A DNA stretch of 28,393 nt, from positions 1 through 28,393 of IMG/VR virus record IMGVR_UViG_3300022925_000136, one strand, 5' to 3'. Below are positions 1 through 8,800 of this stretch, one piece after another. The DNA is from a virus (taxonomy: Duplodnaviria; Caudoviricetes). The number at the start of each line of letters is the position of its first letter. The stretch's first letter is position 1. Both the position numbers and the translations under genes were made by a program. The notes beneath the pieces were generated by a model. The model was not told the DNA's origin and did no database searches. It worked only from the letters and a program-made list of their open reading frames with translations.

Positions 1-1
1 T

Positions 2-238
2 GGTAAAATCTGCTAATGAAGTACCGTTTCTCTGAAAATCATTTATAGAAACTTCACCAGTATCTGGAACCGATAATAAAAAAGTAAAGAAATTATTATC
101 ATCTGGTATATACACTCCACCAGGATATAAATCAGCAAAAGAAATAGGTTGACTATTACCTACATCTAATGCAGTTCTAAAATCATCAAATGAAAACTGA
201 TTTCCTTTTGTTGCTGGGAAGAGACTGTAATCCGGCAT
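2..238 (-). CDS. 5' part of a putative fibre-tip adhesin (gp38-like position), running off the window edge
   Basis: Not in the ORF track. ATG at 238, just after the TAA of the upstream fibre. Manual translation is open to the edge: MPDYSLFPATKGNQFSFDDFRTALDVGNSQPISFADLYPGGVYIPDD...VPDTGEVSINDFQ. This resembles the 'ISFSD..P.S..D.Y.GG..P..G.IS..DF' N-terminal module often seen after S74-chaperoned fibres. Confidence 0.65.
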   Translation of the reverse strand, partial: MPDYSLFPATKGNQFSFDDFRTALDVGNSQPISFADLYPGGVYIPDDNNFFTFLLSVPDTGEVSINDFQRNGTSLADFT

Positions 239-239
239 G

Positions 240-1328
240 TTACCCTATCTTTGTTTTCAGTTCTTCTACCTCAGCTTTCAGCTCTTTTACAGCTTCTACG
301 AGTAGTCCTACCATGTTTGCATAGTGTAGCGCTTTTTTACCTTGAGGTGTTTCATATACCGCTTCTGGTAACACTTCTTCAACTTCTTGAGCAACTAAAC
401 CTGGCATACGAATATCACTACCAATATAGTTAAAAGTATAGCCATTAAGATTCATTACTTTATCTACTGGATCATTAATAATTTCAAGATTTTCTTTTAA
501 TGTTATATCCGAAAAGTTTGCAAAACCTGTAATATTACCAGATACAAATAATTCGCCAGTAATATAATAGTCTCCAACCATTGAATCTCCTGAAGTAGCA
601 CTTACAAAATCGGGACTTCTTGCTGAGATATAAGCTGAATCAACTAAAGCTTCAACATCACTGTCTGTATAAAAGCTTGCTCTAAAATTAATATATGAAG
701 AATCAATAACAGTTGTTAAATCAACTGGGGTTACTGATGCACCATGACCATACGTGTCAAATGTAATACTTTGTAAAACATTAGTACCAGTATTTGTTGA
801 ATTAGATAAACCACCAGCAGTTGGATGAGAGATATAAACAGGACCACTACCTGGAGTAATTTGACCACCACCAGATAAACCTGTACCTGCAAATACACCG
901 GCAGACTCTAAGAATATGTTACCACCATTTGATTCATCTATGGATAAAATATGCCCAGCGCCATCTAAGGTAATATTACGAATAATATTTGATGTACCAG
1001 CACTGGTAATTGATGTAGCGGCACTAGCAGTATGATTAATTGTAATTGTATCATTAGCACTATCTAAAATGCCGTTTGATAAACTATCAAGACCTAACCC
1101 AGCATTTATAGTAAAGGGAAAATGTAATGTATTATTAGCTTGAATTGAACTATCAATTTGAAGAGTTGTTGCGTACAAATTTCCGCCCGAATTAATATAT
1201 CCGATTAAATCAGTGATACTAACTCTTGAAGAAGCCATCGGTGTTCCACCGACATTAGAAATAACAAGATGGTCATTTGAATCTATATCAGCTTGTTGTA
1301 TTGGGGTTAAATCTAATATTCTTACCAT
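240..1328 (-). CDS. Tail fibre protein with C-terminal intramolecular chaperone (peptidase S74 / ICA domain)
   Basis: The C-terminus FSDITLKENL...LNGYTFNY...GLVAQEVEEVLPEAV...YANMVGLLVEAVKELKAEVEELK is the classic S74 auto-cleaving chaperone with a coiled-coil end. The body is G/S/T-rich with two AGxGL...ITxD.xGH repeats. Confidence 0.9.
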   Translation of the reverse strand: MVRILDLTPIQQADIDSNDHLVISNVGGTPMASSRVSITDLIGYINSGGNLYATTLQIDSSIQANNTLHFPFTINAGLGLDSLSNGILDSANDTITINHTASAATSITSAGTSNIIRNITLDGAGHILSIDESNGGNIFLESAGVFAGTGLSGGGQITPGSGPVYISHPTAGGLSNSTNTGTNVLQSITFDTYGHGASVTPVDLTTVIDSSYINFRASFYTDSDVEALVDSAYISARSPDFVSATSGDSMVGDYYITGELFVSGNITGFANFSDITLKENLEIINDPVDKVMNLNGYTFNYIGSDIRMPGLVAQEVEEVLPEAVYETPQGKKALHYANMVGLLVEAVKELKAEVEELKTKIG

Positions 1329-1340
1329 TACTTTTCTTCC

Positions 1341-2543
1341 TTAAAGAGCGCTCATGCTGCCAATTGTGTCTATATCTTCATCCGCATCTGTTCCATACCA
1401 AACTAAACTATGAATCGCGTCCCATTGTGTTACAAGAGCCTTAAAGGCTGTACCGCCCGTTCTTGATTGAAGAAACGACCAATGATCACGACCAATAGTT
1501 GATATAAGTTTGGAAGCACTATTATCCCATGATATATTATATCCTTGATCATCTCCAGCAGGTTCATTAAAATGCGGAGGTAAGAATATTTCGTCTCCGA
1601 CTGAATACCCACCGGACGCAACAGTACAAACTAATTTTGTATTAATAGCATCTGGTTTACGAGATATTCCACTAGGAAAACTAGTAGCGGGCCATTGATA
1701 TGATGCTGCTATAGTTCCATTAACTATTGAAATATTTTGTCTATAAACTCTAGTACCCGCAGTGGACATATCTGCTGGAGAAAAACTAAATACACCAGTA
1801 CTATCACTATAAGTTAAAGTACCACCACCAGAAGCAGATCCTGTCGAAACCGAAAGATCACTAAGAGCAATACCAGAATCAGCATCTACTCTTGCATTAA
1901 TATATGCAGAATCAATTGCTCCTTGTGCAAGATTAATTGAAGTTGCTGAATCTACACCTAAAGCAAGATTTAAACCTGCAAGATTAACTCTAAATTGTCC
2001 TGTAGCGGTATTATAATCAAGTGTTGAGTCGCCAGGATATATTCCTACAGCAGCGTGTACTCTTTGATCTGTATAATAAAGATTTGTAGAACCTTCTTGA
2101 AGATCATCGGTTGTATTATTTAAAAATTCTTTATCAAAATAACCAACCGGCATTCTAGCAGAATCAAGAACACCCGTAATAATCTTACAAGCATCTAATC
2201 CAGGAATACGCTGCGCATCAAATATTCCAGTTCCAGTTTTACTTGCATCTAATGTAGGAATATCGGAATCTGTAATTGTATTAGACTGGAAAGAAAATAC
2301 ACCAGTTGCTGCATTATATGACATAGATGCATGTAATGCATTATTACTTGCGTTTAATGAGACACTATTACGAATATAAGATTGAGTTGTTCTACCATTA
2401 ATTTCATTTAAAGCCTGAACAAGATCAGTAGTCACCGGAGTTGTTAAATTATCCGGATCGCCGACATTACTTGAGATGAGATTTGTTTTTTGTCTAAAAG
2501 TCTCAAATGTATCTGTCAAATTAACTGTAGGTTTTCTGGCCAT
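1341..2543 (-). CDS. Tail fibre / baseplate-attached fibre protein
   Basis: The N-terminus MARKPTVNLTDTFETFRQKTN is paralogous to 4521..5669. It has LDASK-type 18-aa repeats, the fibre motif TTDDLQEGSTNLYYTDQRV and LTY...TGVFSF repeats. It is preceded by its own late promoter. Confidence 0.8.
   Translation of the reverse strand: MARKPTVNLTDTFETFRQKTNLISSNVGDPDNLTTPVTTDLVQALNEINGRTTQSYIRNSVSLNASNNALHASMSYNAATGVFSFQSNTITDSDIPTLDASKTGTGIFDAQRIPGLDACKIITGVLDSARMPVGYFDKEFLNNTTDDLQEGSTNLYYTDQRVHAAVGIYPGDSTLDYNTATGQFRVNLAGLNLALGVDSATSINLAQGAIDSAYINARVDADSGIALSDLSVSTGSASGGGTLTYSDSTGVFSFSPADMSTAGTRVYRQNISIVNGTIAASYQWPATSFPSGISRKPDAINTKLVCTVASGGYSVGDEIFLPPHFNEPAGDDQGYNISWDNSASKLISTIGRDHWSFLQSRTGGTAFKALVTQWDAIHSLVWYGTDADEDIDTIGSMSAL
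2149..2261 (-). repeat. Two copies of the same 18-aa protein repeat in the paralogous fibre
   Basis: IPTLDASKTGTGIFDAQR / IPGLDACKIITGVLDSAR. Confidence 0.8.
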
Positions 2544-2575
2544 TTTTATACCATCTCTAAATTTTTAATTAATAC

Positions 2576-2583
2576 TATTTATA
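2576..2583 (-). promoter_or_regulatory. T4-type late promoter TATAAATA
   Basis: Exact TATAAATA on the minus strand in the intergenic gap, 33 nt upstream of the ATG at 2543. Confidence 0.85.
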
Positions 2584-2600
2584 ACAAATTATCATATATT

Positions 2601-4511
2601 TTAGAAAAAGAATACTGCAACAACACCTTGAGATCCAGCTCCAGTATACCCACTAGCAGCAGCTCCGCCACCACCACCAAAGTTACCACCGGAAGAGGAT
2701 GTGCCTTTACCGCTCCCACATATTGCAGTACCATTAGATTTTGTTAAATCTGAAGATGATGTAAATTTTGAAGGAACAACATTTACTTCTGAAATCGAAG
2801 CATCTGGTCCACCAGCCGGTCCACCGGATGTTTGTTCTCCAGAGGCGGCCCCTGCGGCATTACCACCGTCTATATTATAATCTCCACCTGAAGCCGTTCC
2901 ACCATTAGTAGGAGCGTCGCCTGTTGCTTCGCCTCTTTGGCCGCCACCACCAAACACTGTGGAACTTAACGCGCCTCCTGATATAGATGTATTTCCACCA
3001 TTTACACCATTACTTCCGGAATTTACTGCTGCACCACCAAAACCTATATTAAAATTATAGATTTCACCAGGCGTGACTTGAAGTATTCTTATAGCAACAC
3101 CGCCGCCGCCGCCTCCATAGCTTTGAGATCCAAGCCCGCCCGAACCTCCCGCGCCTACGGCAACAAGACCAACATTCTGTAAAGTTGTTGGTCTCCAAGA
3201 TTGGCTTGTTGTATATAATTTCACTGATGTGGGTGATGTTGAAAATAATCCAGTATTAGGATCAAATGTTGGTAGAGGATCTGATCCTAATCCTAATACA
3301 CCATTTATAATAGGATCATCTCTTATAAGAGTCCAACCATAATATAAATTATTAAAATATTGTATAATATTTTCGTCTTCGTTTAGTTCAGAAGGATCTA
3401 AATTATTCTCATCTGCAACTAAAGCTGAAGTTGTAATATCTATATTAGTTATAAATTGTGAGCCTAAATAAGCAACCTGTGTTTCATTGTATATAGAACC
3501 ATCATCACGTGCGGTTATAACTTGTAATTTTCTAATAGCAGTATATTTATTTGCTTCATTTAAAAATACATCAAATATTTTATTTCCATCAATTTTATAA
3601 CCTAAACCGAGATGATCATCACCCCGTAAAGATTGGATTAATCCTTGTTCATCAAACACAGGCCCGCTTTCGGGTATTAAAGTAGGTTTTGCTTCTTTTA
3701 TTATTACAACACCTGGAGCACCATTACCTCCATCATTCTCTCCATCAGCTCCTACACCACCTGCACCTACTTGAGTAATCACCAAATATATATTTTGTCC
3801 TGCATACGCAGAAAAGTCTTCTTTTTTTTCTTTAAATTCACCACCCACACCGCGGCTACCGCCATTACCAGATTCATCAAAACCTATAGTAATAAACCCA
3901 ATCTTGATTGCCGGCGATGGTTGATCGCCACCACCTCCGCCGCCTCCAGCACCAAAGCCAGTAGCATCAGTTCCACGTCTTCTTTCAGCAGTAGAACCAC
4001 CTTCACCTATAATATTATAGTTTGTATCTGAAGATACAATATCTAAAGCATTTTGTAAATGTATTTGTCTCGGTTTTCTGCTCCAACTGATATTACAACT
4101 TATGCCGCCATCACCACCAACCAAGTCATATGATGATATAAGAGTTCCATCAGCTGATCCAGCCCTAAATTCAAATTTAGTATTAGTCCCGTTTTTTCCA
4201 GATACTTCACCATTCGGCCCGGCGTGCGGTCCGCCATTATCTCTGCCGGCACCACCGCCGCCACCTCCAGCAACAGCTATAAATTCTACATTACTTCTAG
4301 TACCTAAATTAAGAACTTTTGGCTCTGTAAGTTCAAGAGGTGCGCCAAAGGCAGCTGCAACATTAGGATCACTCTGAACATCGGGCCCATTTTCTCCAGA
4401 CCAAACTATTTCCGAAACAACTTTATCGTGAAATAGTTCTTTAAATTTTGTAATTATAGGAAGTTCATCTACTAAATCGCCTGTATTTCCTATTACATTT
4501 CCAGCAACCAT
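2601..4511 (-). CDS. Glycine-rich virion protein with two Gly-rich (polyglycine, gp38-adhesin-like) domains; probable receptor-binding protein
   Basis: Two domains each begin (V/I)xAV(A/G)xGGxGG and end G(A/S)xGVV(I/A)(I/V). It lies directly downstream of a chaperoned fibre gene. Confidence 0.7.
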   Translation of the reverse strand: MVAGNVIGNTGDLVDELPIITKFKELFHDKVVSEIVWSGENGPDVQSDPNVAAAFGAPLELTEPKVLNLGTRSNVEFIAVAGGGGGGAGRDNGGPHAGPNGEVSGKNGTNTKFEFRAGSADGTLISSYDLVGGDGGISCNISWSRKPRQIHLQNALDIVSSDTNYNIIGEGGSTAERRRGTDATGFGAGGGGGGGDQPSPAIKIGFITIGFDESGNGGSRGVGGEFKEKKEDFSAYAGQNIYLVITQVGAGGVGADGENDGGNGAPGVVIIKEAKPTLIPESGPVFDEQGLIQSLRGDDHLGLGYKIDGNKIFDVFLNEANKYTAIRKLQVITARDDGSIYNETQVAYLGSQFITNIDITTSALVADENNLDPSELNEDENIIQYFNNLYYGWTLIRDDPIINGVLGLGSDPLPTFDPNTGLFSTSPTSVKLYTTSQSWRPTTLQNVGLVAVGAGGSGGLGSQSYGGGGGGVAIRILQVTPGEIYNFNIGFGGAAVNSGSNGVNGGNTSISGGALSSTVFGGGGQRGEATGDAPTNGGTASGGDYNIDGGNAAGAASGEQTSGGPAGGPDASISEVNVVPSKFTSSSDLTKSNGTAICGSGKGTSSSGGNFGGGGGAAASGYTGAGSQGVVAVFFF

Positions 4512-4520
4512 ATTACATCC

Positions 4521-5669
4521 TTACACTTTAAGAACACATTCAACTAGCTTTTCTTCTTGAGCTAAATTTGTTTCAAGAGCAATACCGACTAAAGCCGTTG
4601 TTTTAAGAGTTGTACTTACACCATTTTCTAGTGCATGAACGGCTTGACCTTTATTAACAGGACCTTTTACTCTTACTGGAACACGCCCTTTTAGACCTAC
4701 ATATTGACCTTCAGCTTCACTATTCATCATAAGTGCTGGTTCGGTAGAGATTACGCCAATACAATAATCTGACATAGTTGCTTCTCTAACTTCATATTCT
4801 TCGCTATTTGAAACAGCAACAGCAGTACCTGGAATCAATTCTTCACGTGTTGTATATTTTTCCGCAAGGTCAGCATATAGTGAAGAAGTTGCAACACCAT
4901 TAAAGGTTGTAGCATACATGGTGGCAAATCTATTAGTATTTTCACCTATATTATATGTATTATTACTTGCAGATAAAACATGATCATTAATCGTAAGATT
5001 AGATGACATAGTTACACCACCAGTAAATGTTTTATTACCACTTACTGTTTGTAAATTAGTAAGAAGAACTGGACCATCTGGATTAGAACCATAAAGATCA
5101 GTTGGAAATCCAAAGCCTAAAGAATCTAACTCAAGCGGCATAACATCAAGAGGTAAAGGTGGAATATGCTCTAAAGGTAATTCGCTTATAATCTTTGATC
5201 CACGAGTATTTGGTATTCTATTTGAATCTAAAATTCCTGATGTGATAATACTTGCAGGTAGATCCGGAACGTGAGCTAAACCTAATTTATCTGAAGTAAT
5301 TTTAGTTGCAGATAAATTAGGAATTCTTGCTGGATTAAAAGAACCTGATGTTATTTTACCAGCAGGAAGAGCTGGTACTAAACTAGGCGTAAGAGGATTT
5401 GTAATAAAAGTAAATTCTCCATTAGCATTATTATATGTTAAAGAAGCAAGAGCATTAGGTCCAGATGTTGTAAGTGAAATAAGATTTCTTGTTTCAGATG
5501 AATCTAATACAGTAGCATCTAAATAATTAAATGCTGAAACAATACTTGAATCATAGGGCGCTGGTGCGGCAAGATTATCTAAATCGCCGATGTAGTCTCC
5601 CATCAAGTTGGTCTTCTGTCTCCATGCTTCAATGGAGTTACTTAGGTCTACATATATTTGCCTTGCCAT
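4521..5669 (-). CDS. Tail fibre/appendage protein with C-terminal peptidase G2-like autoproteolytic chaperone
   Basis: The C-terminus YADLAEKY...PGTAV...IGVISTEP...VGLKGRVPVRVKGPVNKG...VGIALE matches the phi29 gp12/GA-1-type chaperone pattern. It has about four 18-aa IPxLxAxKITSG repeats. The start overlaps the upstream stop (TAATG). Confidence 0.8.
   Translation of the reverse strand: MARQIYVDLSNSIEAWRQKTNLMGDYIGDLDNLAAPAPYDSSIVSAFNYLDATVLDSSETRNLISLTTSGPNALASLTYNNANGEFTFITNPLTPSLVPALPAGKITSGSFNPARIPNLSATKITSDKLGLAHVPDLPASIITSGILDSNRIPNTRGSKIISELPLEHIPPLPLDVMPLELDSLGFGFPTDLYGSNPDGPVLLTNLQTVSGNKTFTGGVTMSSNLTINDHVLSASNNTYNIGENTNRFATMYATTFNGVATSSLYADLAEKYTTREELIPGTAVAVSNSEEYEVREATMSDYCIGVISTEPALMMNSEAEGQYVGLKGRVPVRVKGPVNKGQAVHALENGVSTTLKTTALVGIALETNLAQEEKLVECVLKV
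5155..5378 (-). repeat. About four tandem 18-aa protein repeats (IPxLxAxKITSGxxxxxR)
   Basis: VPALPAGKITSGSFNPAR / IPNLSATKITSDKLGLAH / VPDLPASIITSGILDSNR / IPNTRGSKIISELPLEH. Confidence 0.85.
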
Positions 5670-5887
5670 TAATCACCTATTTTATTTAAAAGTGTTGAAA
5701 GCAGTTCTTTGATTTCTGCAACATCATCTTTTAATTTTGCTAATTCCTGTTTTTCTTTTCTTTTCTTTTTCAAAATCTGCCTTGACTTAATTAAGGCTTC
5801 TTCATCAGTAATTACTATTGCCCCAGTTTCTAAATCTCTTTTATAGCCGGGATAGTTTTCCACTTTAGCATATCTATAATCTTCCAA
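5669..5887 (-). CDS. Small conserved T4-like protein with C-terminal coiled coil (typically follows the DUF4815 gene)
   Basis: KVENYPGYKRDLETGAIV motif and coiled coil LAKLKDDVAEIKELL. TTG start with a strong AGGAG Shine-Dalgarno. Confidence 0.75.
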   Translation of the reverse strand: MEDYRYAKVENYPGYKRDLETGAIVITDEEALIKSRQILKKKRKEKQELAKLKDDVAEIKELLSTLLNKIGD

Positions 5888-5888
5888 T

Positions 5889-8800
5889 CTAGTCTCCTAG
5901 TGCAATCACTCTTAGATCATTTAATTTAGGTACTTTAGTCTGATTAGTAGACCTTAGAACAATTTTTAATTGGAACTGTGTAAATTCATCACTGGTTCCA
6001 TCAACAGCACCAACTAAATAACGATACTCTCTGAATATACTTGTATCATCATCAGTTTGAACTGGTTTTTCTGAGTCAATTCTTGTCCAAGTTGTTCCGA
6101 CAAGAGTATCGGCTTTTGATGCTCTATAATACATATCAATAAATGTGTCGGATGGTCTATTAGCACCCATAATAATTTTTAGCCCAACAGCAGAAGCTGC
6201 TAAACGCACAGGCTTAGTAATATGTTTTGCAGAAGCAGGACCATTTTCTCTTGTCTCACCAAATAACGGGTTATATGATGCTGTTTGATTTACAGTCCCC
6301 ATTATAGAATTTATGGTATCACTGTCTAAAGCGTGAGACCACTCAATAGGCTTATTCTGTGTTGTACTCTGAACATTGCTTGGATTATCAATAAGATTTG
6401 TAATAAGAGTTGCTGATGTTCTTTGAAGATCAATAACCGGTGTTACATAAACATTACTTGATTTCATTTCCGCTTCTAATACCATAGATGTCGCAAGCTT
6501 AGATGGTGGCGATACTCTTTTCATAACACCAAGTTCATTATCTTGATTAGGTGCAACTACTGTAGCTACAGTATCTAAAATATCTGCATTATTAATAGCA
6601 TTAGAACTATTATCTGCATATGATTTACCAGCTGCCATTTTAATATTATAGTCTAATCTAGTTGAAGGCGGTTCAATTGCTTGCACTGATGGCCAAATTG
6701 TACTATAATTATAAGCTTGTTCAACAGTTACGGCGCTACCACCAGTTATAGAATTATAATATGGAGAAGGCGAAGTAAGAGTCGGAACTGTAATTACAAA
6801 TCCTGTAGGATCAACTTCAGTAATAGTATATGGATTATTGTTTAAATCGCTATCTACTGGAGTTCCAATAACTCCATTTAAATTAACAGTATCTCCGGCA
6901 TATAAACCATGAAGTGGGCTTCTAATATAAACATCAGAGAAATCTGAACTATCTTTAAAGAATAATTCTACTGGATCACTTTGAAGAATCTTTCTTGGAA
7001 CTGCAACATTTTTAAATATTGCTTTAGTTGTAAGGTTTGCATTAAACTCAGCTTTATATAATGTGAACTTAAGATCAGACATCTGATCTGGCTCCCATGT
7101 TCTATTGTTTTGAGATTTAAAGAATGAACCAAGATATGGTTGAGTATTAATTTTTTCGGTTGTAGAACCTAATTTAAATTCACCCATTTTTGAAATATAT
7201 GCTTCATATGCATCACTATTAGAAATAACTACAATTGCATATTCGGTAAATGGTTTTAAATATACTGGTTCTTTAAATACTGCTCTTGTTTCTGCTGAAG
7301 CATCTGTTGAAACAACAACATCACTTGCTGGAATAGTAACAATAGATCCTGGAAGCGAAAGATCAGAAGATGGATGACCGTTTACAGTAGGTCTAATTTG
7401 AATAGTTACTGGGAATGGTTGTTCACTTGTATCTTTCTTAGCAAAGAATAAACCTACTTCTGTTAAGAATACACCATTTGCTTCCGTAACAAGGAAAGAC
7501 TGAGCAATAGGATCAAAGAAACATATATCTTTTACAAAATTAAATACATCTTCAACAACACCTACTGTATCACTAATTAAATCTCCAGCAGCATCTGCTA
7601 CACCACCAACGGCTGATGAAACACCGCCAATTAAGTCTCCTTGAAGAACCTCTCCAATTCCTGTTGCAATACCACTACCAACTGTATTAACCGCTCCAAG
7701 AATATCTATTCCACCGCCACCGCCAGAGGATGACACATTAATTGTTTCTGTAGATGTTGTACTTGTTCCAACAATGTGAAGAAGACGTGTAGATAAAACA
7801 TCTTCTTGTCTTGTAGTAAGAGTACCAGTAGAACTAAAGATTGCCGAAGCGGCACAGCTTGCATTCTTTTTATTAAACTCAGTAATATCTAATAAAGTAA
7901 ATTCAATATCACCTGTTCTAAAGTTTGTTGTTCCTGCTGTTCTTGTATTAGAAGATGGAATAAAGAATGCGCCCTGAATCTTACCTTGTCCGTCAGTATA
8001 CAGTTTTGTCTTACCGCCAGCTAAAGGATATTCAGTTGCAGCTTTATAAAGATTACTTACATCGGTTTGTTTTGTTACATTAACACCACTAAACGATTCC
8101 TGTCTTACCCACTTAGCAACAGATCTGCCATCAAAATAAGCAAATACTTGAGTATTAGGTGCAAGACCTTCAGCTTGGAAAGTTACTAACTTTGACCTCA
8201 TGAATGGAATAAATGCAACATCTACAATTCTATCATCAATAATTTCTCTAACTGTTTCTGAAGCAACAACCCTATTAACAACGGTTTCTTTTGTTACATC
8301 AGTCCCAGTTGTGGTTTTTCTATTCCAAAAATATCCGACTCTTTCTGTCCAATTATTTCTAGCAATTTCTGAAGTAATGGATTGATCATCACCAACCTTT
8401 AGATCATTTATATCAGTGCCGCCCCAATTCCACTCATGGTCTCCCCATTGGAGGGCTAAATCAGTATTAAGTAATGTACCACCTGGAATAATTTTATCTG
8501 GAGTATAATCAGTTTCATACCAATCATCAGATGCTGGAGAAAGTGTCATTGCACCATTATAAAATAAATTTAAATATGGATTAACATTTACAGTAGATGA
8601 TGCAACATCTTGGACAATATAAGGCGTTGTATTATAAGTTGTATATACATTATCACCTTTCATAATAGTATTTGTAGATGCATTTGAATCATAATAAAGA
8701 CCAATATTATTTGTAATTGCTCTTGGTCTTATAAGTTTATTTCTTGGATCAATAGCTGCTGAATATCCTGGATGTGTAATATCCGAGAAATACTGATTCT

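Noticed and set aside
1-5669. Diversity-generating retroelement, invertible fibre cassette, CRISPR array or tRNA
   Set aside because: By eye I saw no reverse transcriptase, recombinase, near-identical DNA repeat pair, spacer array or cloverleaf. Repeats are at protein level with diverged codons. A computational scan was not possible.
7500-7530. Intein/Hint domain suggested by 'ICFF' before DPIAQSF
   Set aside because: The conserved DPIAQSF follows at once, leaving no room for a Hint domain, and there is no HN/C-terminal splice motif.
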